Shown here piece after piece: positions 1 to 7,691 of a stretch of 26,515 nt of DNA; the stretch's first letter is position 1; each line of letters starts with the position of its first letter. The DNA is taken from positions 1 through 26,515 of the forward strand of contig CAYUGD010000002.1 of NCBI GenBank assembly GCA_964444275.1. Reading direction: 5' to 3'. Source of the DNA: Candidatus Woesearchaeota archaeon (lineage in GTDB: Archaea > Nanobdellota > Nanobdellia > Pacearchaeales > GW2011-AR1). A model generated the notes under the pieces. It was not told where the DNA came from. It did not search any database and saw only the letters and a list, made by a program, of their open reading frames with translations. Both the position numbers and the translations under genes were made by a program.

Positions 1-102
1 GCTATTTATGGAAGGATTAAGGATAAACCTCTTATTAGTGCTAAATTGTTCGCTATATTGCTCTACAGAGCCCAGATTGAGTATTTTGATAGTGGGGGAT
101 AA
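1..102 (+). CDS. 3' end of a CDS truncated by the window edge, hypothetical
   Basis: Frame 1 is open from base 1 (AIYGRIKDKPLISAKLFAILLYRAQIEYFDSGG) to TAA at 100-102; too short to identify. Confidence 0.45.
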   Translation, partial: AIYGRIKDKPLISAKLFAILLYRAQIEYFDSGG

Positions 103-154
103 TTATATAATTTAAAAAATTAAATTTTTAAAATACTTTTTCTTAATTGTAATT

Positions 155-283
155 ATGAAAACAGGTTCAGTTTATGTCAAAAATCTTTCAATATTGCATG
201 TGTCTGGTGCAAATATCGGAGATAATTGGTTTATTGGAAATGATTATTTAGTGGAATTTGCAGAGGAAGAATCTAATGATTAG
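155..283 (+). CDS. Small hypothetical protein, 42 aa (not in the ORF track)
   Basis: ATG155 to TAG283 encodes MKTGSVYVKNLSILHVSGANIGDNWFIGNDYLVEFAEEESND. TTTTAAAA at 126-133 ends 22 nt before the ATG, the same spacing as other leaderless genes here. Confidence 0.5.
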   Translation: MKTGSVYVKNLSILHVSGANIGDNWFIGNDYLVEFAEEESND

Positions 284-301
284 TTACTTTCCTATCTACT
301 G

Positions 302-1096
302 TTAGTAACTTCGCCACAAAACCAGTTTCCCTTTTTCATCTCTCAAAAACAAAGTGTCTCCTGCGCGGGTCCAAACATAATCTTCGCCGCTCCAATACAA
401 AGATGAATCTGTGTCAGTTCCATTGCCTACAATTATTCTAACCTGCTTTTTTGGTTCAATCTGAAAATTCTGAAAAGCATATTTTTTTCTTCCTTCATCT
501 TTAATCTGCCAGCCACTCATGTCACAAATGAAAGAACATCTGTTGTAAAAAATAACTTCTTGATTTTTATAATCTAATTTTTTTAATTCAATACAGCCTG
601 CGCATTTGTCAGTTGATTTTTCGCAGATTCCAATATTTTTTTCAATACATTCTTCCCAAGCTTTTCTTAGAATTCCTTCGTTCTTCTTGTCGTCAAGTAT
701 ATAGACATTTGCAAATCCGTTTTTTACAAGTTCAACATTAACATTCTCTTTTCCAAAATGTAAAAATGCAAGAAGCCGCCCGTATTTATCATACTTTTCA
801 GCAGAACATTCAAGATTTATGGTTTTGTTAAGAACTTTATCTTCTAAGAATTTTTTTGCTTCATCAAAATAAAACTCGCCGCGTTCAGGCGCATTAATTC
901 CGAGCAGACGAACACTCTCTCCCGAATCAATGACAATTGTATCTCCATCGATAACTCTCTCGACAAAAGCAGTTTCATAGTCCAGCAAAAAATTTTCAAC
1001 AGTCCTGTCAAGAAAAGAGTAATTAATCACAAAAAGAGCTAACACAAGAAGAACGAGAATTATTATGTCTTTTCTCTTTTCCTTTGCTCCGCCCAT
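302..1096 (-). CDS. Membrane-anchored thermonuclease (SNase family) with C-terminal lamin-tail-like domain
   Basis: N-terminal hydrophobic anchor. SNase motifs VERVIDGDTI, VRLLGINAPE and DKYGRLLA. The C-terminal part (MSGWQIKDEG...GDTLFLRDEKGKLV) resembles an LTD. Confidence 0.85.
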   Translation of the reverse strand: MGGAKEKRKDIIILVLLVLALFVINYSFLDRTVENFLLDYETAFVERVIDGDTIVIDSGESVRLLGINAPERGEFYFDEAKKFLEDKVLNKTINLECSAEKYDKYGRLLAFLHFGKENVNVELVKNGFANVYILDDKKNEGILRKAWEECIEKNIGICEKSTDKCAGCIELKKLDYKNQEVIFYNRCSFICDMSGWQIKDEGRKKYAFQNFQIEPKKQVRIIVGNGTDTDSSLYWSGEDYVWTRAGDTLFLRDEKGKLVLWRSY

Positions 1097-1130
1097 TCAG
1101 ATTCTAAGGAAATTATCTTAAAAAAATTAA

Positions 1131-2900
1131 TTATTGTTTTATTTTTCTTATCAAGTGGACTGTTGTGATGACAGCCAGCATTAGCAATATTGAGAAAATG
1201 AGCCAGATTAATATTCTCTCAATCATCCTTGGCTCTTTTTCTGGCTGACCGCTCTCTATTGCAACGCCAAAAACTTTTTCAAACTGACCAAAATATAATG
1301 ATTCGTAAAATTCGTCTTTAGGGATTTCTCTTGCTCCAATCCCACCGCCATTTACTGCATTAGATTCATCGTCCTCGTCATCATCTTCCTGCTCTGAAAT
1401 ATCTATAACTATCAAAGTATAAATCTGCTCAGCTTCATTGTCGTCGCTGTCAGTGACTCTTACATTAATATTAAAATCTGTATCTTCGTCAACCTCTGGC
1501 GCTGTCCCTGAAATTAAACCTGTCTGAGAATTAATTGAAAGCCATTCTGGTGCCTCGATTAATGAGAATTCATAAAGCCCGCTCCCGCCTTCAGCTTCCA
1601 CCTGATATTCATAAAACTCTGTCTCGTTAACCTCTGTTACCGGCGTTGAAGTTATTTCAAGTTGGTCTGGCTCACCAATATCTCTGACTGTTAAAAAATA
1701 AAACTGAGAGTCAGTTCCGCCCCAACGGCCATCCGAGACTCTGACGATTACTCTAAAACGCGTGTCTTCATCAACCTCTGGCGCTCTCCCGTAAATTAAT
1801 CCTGTCTGAGAATTAATTGAAAGCCAGTCAGGAGCAACTCTCAGGGAATACCTCAAAGGATCTCCGTCAGGGTCATAAGCTCTGACATGGTAAGTATAAA
1901 ACTCTCTTTCATCAACCTGCGTGACCGGACCCGAAGTTATGATTGGCGGATGATTCTCCTGAGGACCATCTGTGTTTCTGACTGTAATTGTAAATGTCTG
2001 CGTGTCAAAATCTTCCCCATCTGAAACCCTGACTCCAACTTCAAAATCGGTATCTGCACTAACCTCTGGCGCTGTGCCTGAAATTAACCCTGTCTGAGAA
2101 TTAATTGAAAGCCATTCTGGTGCCTGAATAAGTGAATAAGTTAATGTGTCACCGTCAGCGTCAGTAGCTTCAACATCATAAGTGTAAAACTCTAATTCAT
2201 TGATTTCTGTTACCGGCGTTGAAGTTATCTCAGGCGCGTGGTTTTCCGGTCCCTCTTCTTCAATTATTTCTATATCAGCGTCGTCTGTTGCGACATCTCC
2301 GTCAAAATCTGAAACCCTGCATACAGGATTATAATTTCCTGTCTGCGTGTAAATGTGATTCAATAAACCTGTGTCAGTTACATCCTGGAAGTTTCCGTTG
2401 CCTTCTGCGTCTATCTCAATGGTCAGGGGCTCGTTTCCGCCAGATGCTGAACACTGCAAATGAACATTTTCATCAACATAAGATTGCGAAGGAACAATTA
2501 AATTAGCGCTTGGTGTGTAGTCAGGCTCAACAGGAACAGAATTGCTTCTTGTTTGAGGGATGTCTATAAATATCACAACCCCTCCCTGATAAACAGAACC
2601 CACTGCACAAATAAGCTCATGATTCATGTATTCAGAAAGAGCAGATGCATCCAGTTCCTGGACACCTAAATAATCCCAGTTTGCTCCTATAGCATCACTT
2701 TTCCATGCTATAGTCCAAGGGGAAATATCACTCAAACTTACTTCCGCGCCGTCTACATAAATATGGCAGAATAAATCTGTTTCTCCGGCGATTGCTGTTC
2801 CAGGTGTTATCGTTGTTGTGATTTCTGGCGAAGCACTTGCGGTTATTGAAACCAACACTGCCAAAAACATTACCGGAAAAATCAAAATTTTTTTGTTCAT
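1131..2900 (-). CDS. Cell-surface protein: signal peptide, PKD-like domain, three putative-Ig (cadherin-like) repeats, C-terminal TM anchor
   Basis: Signal peptide MNKKILIFPVMFLAVLVSITASA. Three repeats of PEITSTPVT..EFYxYxVxAxDxDGD..YSL..APxWLSINSQTGLIxGxAPEV..DTxFxVxVRVxD. Acidic linker, then C-terminal hydrophobic helix followed by RKIKQ. Confidence 0.85.
   Translation of the reverse strand: MNKKILIFPVMFLAVLVSITASASPEITTTITPGTAIAGETDLFCHIYVDGAEVSLSDISPWTIAWKSDAIGANWDYLGVQELDASALSEYMNHELICAVGSVYQGGVVIFIDIPQTRSNSVPVEPDYTPSANLIVPSQSYVDENVHLQCSASGGNEPLTIEIDAEGNGNFQDVTDTGLLNHIYTQTGNYNPVCRVSDFDGDVATDDADIEIIEEEGPENHAPEITSTPVTEINELEFYTYDVEATDADGDTLTYSLIQAPEWLSINSQTGLISGTAPEVSADTDFEVGVRVSDGEDFDTQTFTITVRNTDGPQENHPPIITSGPVTQVDEREFYTYHVRAYDPDGDPLRYSLRVAPDWLSINSQTGLIYGRAPEVDEDTRFRVIVRVSDGRWGGTDSQFYFLTVRDIGEPDQLEITSTPVTEVNETEFYEYQVEAEGGSGLYEFSLIEAPEWLSINSQTGLISGTAPEVDEDTDFNINVRVTDSDDNEAEQIYTLIVIDISEQEDDDEDDESNAVNGGGIGAREIPKDEFYESLYFGQFEKVFGVAIESGQPEKEPRMIERILIWLIFSILLMLAVITTVHLIRKIKQ
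1400..2245 (-). repeat. Three tandem intragenic Ig-like repeats (~95 aa each)
   Basis: 1491-1555 and 2061-2125 match at 63/65 nt. The 26-mer cctgtctgagaattaattgaaagcca occurs at 1519, 1801 and 2089. Confidence 0.9.
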
Positions 2901-2909
2901 TTTTTATTA

Positions 2910-4604
2910 TTAAAATTTAATTCCTGCACCTACACCTATTTGATGAACTCTGTTAGTTTTCTCGCTGGCTCCTGTTCTATCTTTCCTATCGAAAGGAGCG
3001 TGATAACCTTCTTCTGTGGTGAATCCTGTTTTGATGAGGAACCTGTGCAGGTTAAGCATTGCTTCAATTTCAAATTTATCATATTCAACATTTAATTCAT
3101 CGTCTATAATTGAGGCGTTATTACCTAAAGGAACATAAACCCTGTTTCCTCTTTCACCTATGAATCTCAAAGAAACTGCACCATTATGGTAACCTAATCC
3201 AACTCTAATTGCATTTCCACTGACCATTGTTCTGATTATATCCTCCTGCTTAGCTATAAGGTCTGTTCCCTGGAATGTTTCTGAATCAAATTTTAAAGAA
3301 GCGTTTCCTTTTGAAAACTTGTATAACACTTCAGCTAAAAAATCTCCTGCATTAATTTTTCCGCCCAAACCAAGCCACTTTATCATTTCCCTGAATTCTC
3401 CTTGGGTGTTGCTTCTTAGGTTCATTAATTCATTTGAAATGGTTTCATTATCTAAAGAAACACGGCCTTCTAAACCAACGCCGCCTGCCGGACTTATACT
3501 GGCCCCTTCAAAATTAATAACGCGCGGAGTGTAAATGAAACTTCCTTCTATTTCTTTTGTTTTATTTGTATAACCATCATCATCATTTAAAAATCTTAAA
3601 TCAAATTCTGCTTTTGAGTTAGGACCGCTAAGAAAAGCGTCAAGTTCTAGACCCCCTCTTGCAGCTTTGAACCCAACAGGTTTTCCGCTTGGATTTGTCG
3701 ATTTAGCATAATTGTCAATCACTGCGCCGAGAGTTGAACCAAAATGCACGTTATGAAAAGCATCCCAGTTGTTTCTTTTTTTTGTTTTGCTGTCTGTTAT
3801 TATGTTTGGAGTTTCTTTTTCCCAATCAATCTCGTCTCCATATTCAATCTCTTCCCATTCAATTTCATCTTCATTGCTGCTTTCTTCTTTGGAATATTCT
3901 GATTCTGAACTAATGTCTGTTACATCCTTTCCATATTCTCTTCTGACTCTCCAGTAAACTTTTTCTGATTCAGGTGTTAGCTCTTTTCTTTTAATTTCAT
4001 ATTCTGCCTTTTTTATTTCTCCTGAATTGTCTGCTTTAATGTCTAGGATAATTGGAACACCATTTTTTTTACGTCCCCCTATGCTTTCACTTTTTGCAAC
4101 GATAAAATATCTCCCTAGTTCTATGTGACCGAGACTCTCTTTTTGGACGTCAAGAACTCCATCTTTAACAGCTTTTTCAAGTTTGTTCAATGAAGCCCTT
4201 TCATTATGAGGAGTTTTTTTCAAAAGAGATTGGTAATATCTTATTGTTGCTATTCTTTCTTTTTTTGACTGGGAATCTCTAGAGCTAAGATCCTTTTTTA
4301 AATAAGATATAATGCTTTTAAGTCCTTTTCTTGCATCAATGACATCATAACTAATATCTCCTCTTTTTGCGTAAAGCCCAAATTTATCATTCAAATTAAT
4401 TTTTGAATCAGAATCTAGATCAAGATTAAAAACAAAATCTTTTAGTCCTACCCCCTCTCCAGCAGTTGAAAGTTCAGAATTACTCGAATAAATCCTGTTT
4501 TGATTTACTTCCTGTGCGAACAAATTATTAGGGGCTCCAAAATAAAGTGCAGTTCCAATTTCAAAAGCACTTACTAAATCTCTAAGTGATGGTCGCCATT
4601 TCAT
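2910..4604 (-). CDS. Hypothetical exported protein with EF-hand/dockerin-like loop and beta-barrel-like C-terminal half
   Basis: Signal-like N-terminus ending NNLFA-Q. DLDSDSKINLND Ca-loop-like motif and an acidic linker. C-terminal ~280 aa are Gly/aromatic-rich alternating strands ending HQIGVGAGIKF. Confidence 0.6.
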   Translation of the reverse strand: MKWRPSLRDLVSAFEIGTALYFGAPNNLFAQEVNQNRIYSSNSELSTAGEGVGLKDFVFNLDLDSDSKINLNDKFGLYAKRGDISYDVIDARKGLKSIISYLKKDLSSRDSQSKKERIATIRYYQSLLKKTPHNERASLNKLEKAVKDGVLDVQKESLGHIELGRYFIVAKSESIGGRKKNGVPIILDIKADNSGEIKKAEYEIKRKELTPESEKVYWRVRREYGKDVTDISSESEYSKEESSNEDEIEWEEIEYGDEIDWEKETPNIITDSKTKKRNNWDAFHNVHFGSTLGAVIDNYAKSTNPSGKPVGFKAARGGLELDAFLSGPNSKAEFDLRFLNDDDGYTNKTKEIEGSFIYTPRVINFEGASISPAGGVGLEGRVSLDNETISNELMNLRSNTQGEFREMIKWLGLGGKINAGDFLAEVLYKFSKGNASLKFDSETFQGTDLIAKQEDIIRTMVSGNAIRVGLGYHNGAVSLRFIGERGNRVYVPLGNNASIIDDELNVEYDKFEIEAMLNLHRFLIKTGFTTEEGYHAPFDRKDRTGASEKTNRVHQIGVGAGIKF

Positions 4605-4753
4605 GTAATTTTGAAGAAAACCGCGGTTTATAAAGATTTATATATTTTATCACTTAGGAATTAATACAATAATGTTGTCTTTTTAGAGTTATATTCTTTT
4701 GGGATTTAATAAATACAAATTAGTTTAGAAAATTAATTTTTGAGAATATAAGT

Positions 4754-4809
4754 GTAGGAGGAAAAAAACACCGAAGTGTTCTACATTAACCGAAGTTAAC
4801 GCCTCCTAC
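4754..4809 (-). ncRNA. Candidate 56-nt structured small RNA (three-way junction, two cUUCGg tetraloops)
   Basis: GUAGGAGG/CCUCCUAC 8-bp closing stem encloses CGUUAAC-UUCG-GUUAAUG and AACAC-UUCG-GUGUU. A BRE/TATA-like GAAAAGTTTATAAA (4845-4832) lies 23 nt upstream. Confidence 0.5.
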
Positions 4810-4831
4810 TTTTTTGTTTAGGACTTTATGG

Positions 4832-4845
4832 TTTATAAACTTTTC
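4832..4845 (-). promoter_or_regulatory. BRE-TATA promoter upstream of the candidate small RNA
   Basis: Minus strand GAAAAG-TTTATAAA, closely resembling the tRNA promoters GAAAAC-TTTATAAG (14632-14619) and GAAACT-TTTATAAC (14457-14444). Confidence 0.55.
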
Positions 4846-4872
4846 TTTTTGTTTTTTGGCTATAAAATAAGA

Positions 4873-5002
4873 TGAGGGGGACAGGATTCGAACCTGCGTA
4901 AGGGACTAACCCACTGGATTTCTAACATAATGTTTGAAACATAGAGAATCTTCGATTCTCCTGTCTTAAGTCCAGCCCGTTTGACCACTCCGGCACCCCC
5001 TC
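4873..5002 (-). tRNA. tRNA-Leu(UAA) with 45-nt intron at 37/38 (4964-4920)
   Basis: Acceptor GAGGGGG/CCCCCUC plus A73. Anticodon arm CUGGA-CUUAAG/A-UCCAG. Long variable arm, T arm GCAGG-UUCGAAU-CCUGU, relaxed BHB. CCA not encoded. Confidence 0.92.
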
Positions 5003-5081
5003 TAAAATTTAGGAATTGCTCTCAACTTAAAAAACTTCTCATTTTCAAAATCTTTATTAACTTATTTTTTCTTCTATAATC

Positions 5082-6773
5082 ATGAAAGAAGTTGTAATTA
5101 AGTTGATGAAGAAAGCACTTAAGGAAGAGGGGGTTAATCTTAGCAATAAAGAGATAGAAAAAATTGTAGAAGTCCCATCTAATCCTGAATTTGGGGATTA
5201 CGCTTTTCCGTGTTTTTCTCTCACAGAAAAACTCAAAGACAATCCTTCTCAAATTGCAATTGAGCTGAGGGAAAAAATCGGAGAGCCGCCTGCAACAGAT
5301 TTTGAAGATGTGCAAACACGCGGCCCTTACATTAATTTTTTTGTGAACAGAAAAAGCCTGGCTCGCATGGTTGTTTGGGATGTGATTAATCAAAAAAAGA
5401 ATTATGGGAAAGCCAACGTCGGTAAAAGAAAAAAAGTTGTTGTTGAATTCTCTTCGCCGAACATAGCAAAACCTTTTGGAATAGGTCACTTGAGGTCAAC
5501 TATAATTGGAAACTCCATCGCGAACATTCTTGAGTTCCAGGGATTCAAGGCAATCGGAATAAATTATCTCGGCGATTGGGGAACCCAGTTTGGGAAACTT
5601 ATTGTTGGTTTCAGAAAATTCGGTTCTGAAAAAAAGCTTGAGAAAGAACCGATAAAACACCTGCTTAAAGTTTATGTCAAGGCGAACAAAAAGAAATACG
5701 AAAAAGCCGCGAGAGAAGCCTTCAAAGCACTTGAACAGGGAGACAGAAAATCGCTGATGCTCTGGAAAGTTTTCAGGAACTTAAGTATGGAGGAGTTCAA
5801 AAGTTTGTACAAAAAACTCGGGATAAAATTTGATTTAATCGAAGGCGAATCAAACTATAACAAAAAATCAAAACAGATTCTTGCCGAACTCAATGAGAAA
5901 AATCTTTTGAAGAAAAGCAAAAAAGCTCTCATTGTCGACCTTTCAAAATACGGGCTTAACGTTGCCTTGGTTGAAAAAAGCGACGGGACAACTCTTTACG
6001 CGACGAGAGATTTGGCTGCCGCAATAAACAGACACAAAAAATATAATTTTGTAAATATGATTTATGAAGTCGGAAAGGAGCAGGAGCTTTACTTCAAACA
6101 AGTTTTCAGGATTCTCGAGATGATGGGATATGACTGGGCAAAAGATTGCATCCATGTTTACCACGGCCATTACTTAACTAAATCTGGCAAAAAAATCGCA
6201 ACGCGGAAAGGAAATGTATTTTTTATGGACGATGTTCTGGAGAAGACCTGCTCGCTGGCTGAGAAAGAATTAAAAAAGAGGAAAGCAAAAATATCCAAAA
6301 CTGAGATGAAAGAAAGAGCGATGAAAATCGCAATCGCGGCAATCTTTTACGGCGACCTGAAAAATAACAGAGTAAATAATATTGTTTTTGACATCAAAAA
6401 GTTTTCTTCGTTTGAAGGGGACACCGGGCCGTATCTTTTGTATAGTTACGCGAGAGCAGGTTCAATATTAAAAAAAGCGCCGCCAAAGCAGAAGAAATTT
6501 GAAGTCCCTGACTTGGACGAAAAAGAAATAGAACTCGTTAAAAAACTTTCCTACTTTCCCGAGGTCGTGTCAAATGCCGCCAGGAGTTTAAACCCCTCTA
6601 TAATCGCGAATTATTCTTACCAGCTCGCACAATTGTTCAATGAATTTTATCACAGCTGCAAAGTTATCGGCTCAGAACAAGAAGCGTTCAGGCTGGCTCT
6701 GGTCCAGTCATTCAGACAGGTTTTGAAAAATTCATTAAAACTGCTCGGCATAGAAACAATTGAAGAAATGTAA
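5082..6773 (+). CDS. argS: Arginine--tRNA ligase
   Basis: VVVEFSSPNIAKPFGIGHLRSTIIG (HIGH region), NYLGDWGTQFG, DGTTLYATRDLAAA, FEGDTGPYLLYSYAR and the C-terminal DALR-type end LGIETIEEM. Confidence 0.97.
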   Translation: MKEVVIKLMKKALKEEGVNLSNKEIEKIVEVPSNPEFGDYAFPCFSLTEKLKDNPSQIAIELREKIGEPPATDFEDVQTRGPYINFFVNRKSLARMVVWDVINQKKNYGKANVGKRKKVVVEFSSPNIAKPFGIGHLRSTIIGNSIANILEFQGFKAIGINYLGDWGTQFGKLIVGFRKFGSEKKLEKEPIKHLLKVYVKANKKKYEKAAREAFKALEQGDRKSLMLWKVFRNLSMEEFKSLYKKLGIKFDLIEGESNYNKKSKQILAELNEKNLLKKSKKALIVDLSKYGLNVALVEKSDGTTLYATRDLAAAINRHKKYNFVNMIYEVGKEQELYFKQVFRILEMMGYDWAKDCIHVYHGHYLTKSGKKIATRKGNVFFMDDVLEKTCSLAEKELKKRKAKISKTEMKERAMKIAIAAIFYGDLKNNRVNNIVFDIKKFSSFEGDTGPYLLYSYARAGSILKKAPPKQKKFEVPDLDEKEIELVKKLSYFPEVVSNAARSLNPSIIANYSYQLAQLFNEFYHSCKVIGSEQEAFRLALVQSFRQVLKNSLKLLGIETIEEM

Positions 6774-6843
6774 ATGTTAAAAATTACAATCCAAAAATTA
6801 TTTAAATAACATTTTGCTAAATAAAATATATAAGGAGGTGAAA

Positions 6844-7293
6844 ATGGTTCAGACAAAAAAGATGAACGAATCTTTCTTTGCGAAGATTCTGAAAGAGTTT
6901 AATGTGGCTGGCGAACTCATAAGAGCAAGGCAAGAAGAAAAACAAGGGCTTCTGAATGATTTTGATGCAGAATGTAAGAGATTTTTCTTTGGGAAAATTT
7001 CCGAAAGGTCACTTGCTTCATCTGTTAAAAAAACAAACAGGGAACTTCAAAGGCTTGACAAGGACATTAGGAAGAATATAACGAAAGCCAGGAGAGCAGG
7101 AGACAGAGCAGAGAAACTTGCTGCAAAGCAGGCCCCGGTAAAATACAGAGCTACCCTTTCGGGGATTAGCGGAGGAAAAACCAAAGCTAAAAAGAGAAAA
7201 GTGAAGAAGAAAAAGAAAAGAAAAAAAGCGAAGAAAAAGAAGAAAACAAGAAAAGCAAAGAAAAAACGAAGAAAGAAAAAGAGGAAAAAATAA
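6844..7293 (+). CDS. Hypothetical helical protein with extremely Lys/Arg-rich C-terminal tail
   Basis: SD GGAGGTG at 6834-6840 favours ATG6844 over the track start at 6814. Tail: KTKAKKRKVKKKKKRKKAKKKKKTRKAKKKRRKKKRKK. Confidence 0.75.
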   Translation: MVQTKKMNESFFAKILKEFNVAGELIRARQEEKQGLLNDFDAECKRFFFGKISERSLASSVKKTNRELQRLDKDIRKNITKARRAGDRAEKLAAKQAPVKYRATLSGISGGKTKAKKRKVKKKKKRKKAKKKKKTRKAKKKRRKKKRKK

Positions 7294-7354
7294 TTAATTT
7301 TTAATTTGTTATTTTCCTAATCAAATAAAATTAAATTAATAAAGGAGGTAAAAG

Positions 7355-7552
7355 ATGGCAAAAAAACAAGGCGGAAGAGTGCTAAACTTTGTAGCTTGGT
7401 TGACTGGAGTGATCGTTTCACTTGCAGTAGGTTTGGCTCTTATAGACGGAACTTTGAGTGTGCCCTATCTTGGGGTTGTTAATGTAATCGCAGGATGGGT
7501 CGTCGTTGTGACAACCTTGATCAGCGTTGTGATGGCTATACTCAGTCAATAG
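7355..7552 (+). CDS. Small two-TM membrane protein, hypothetical
   Basis: SD GGAGGT just upstream, two hydrophobic helices, followed by a long T-tract. Confidence 0.75.
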   Translation: MAKKQGGRVLNFVAWLTGVIVSLAVGLALIDGTLSVPYLGVVNVIAGWVVVVTTLISVVMAILSQ

Positions 7553-7585
7553 TTTTATTTTTTATTTTAATCTTTTTTTATTTTT
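7553..7585 (+). terminator. Oligo-T archaeal terminator-like tract
   Basis: A run of T-tracts (ttttatttttttattttaatcttttttta ttttt) directly follows the 7552 stop. Confidence 0.5.
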
Positions 7586-7691
7586 GAATTATTTATATAG
7601 AATTAACTATAAATCGACGCGAATCTCATAGGTGATAATTTTTCTAAGAAATTAGAATTATCACTCAGCGTCCATAATCTAGATTTTGTTA

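Noticed and set aside
4750-4809. H/ACA guide, tRNA fragment or hammerhead interpretation of the small RNA
   Set aside because: ACA follows the stem, but there is no K-turn or pseudouridylation pocket, no anticodon/D arm, and no CUGAUGA/GAAA core.
6814-6843. TTG start at 6814
   Set aside because: It would translate through the SD GGAGGTG that positions ATG6844.
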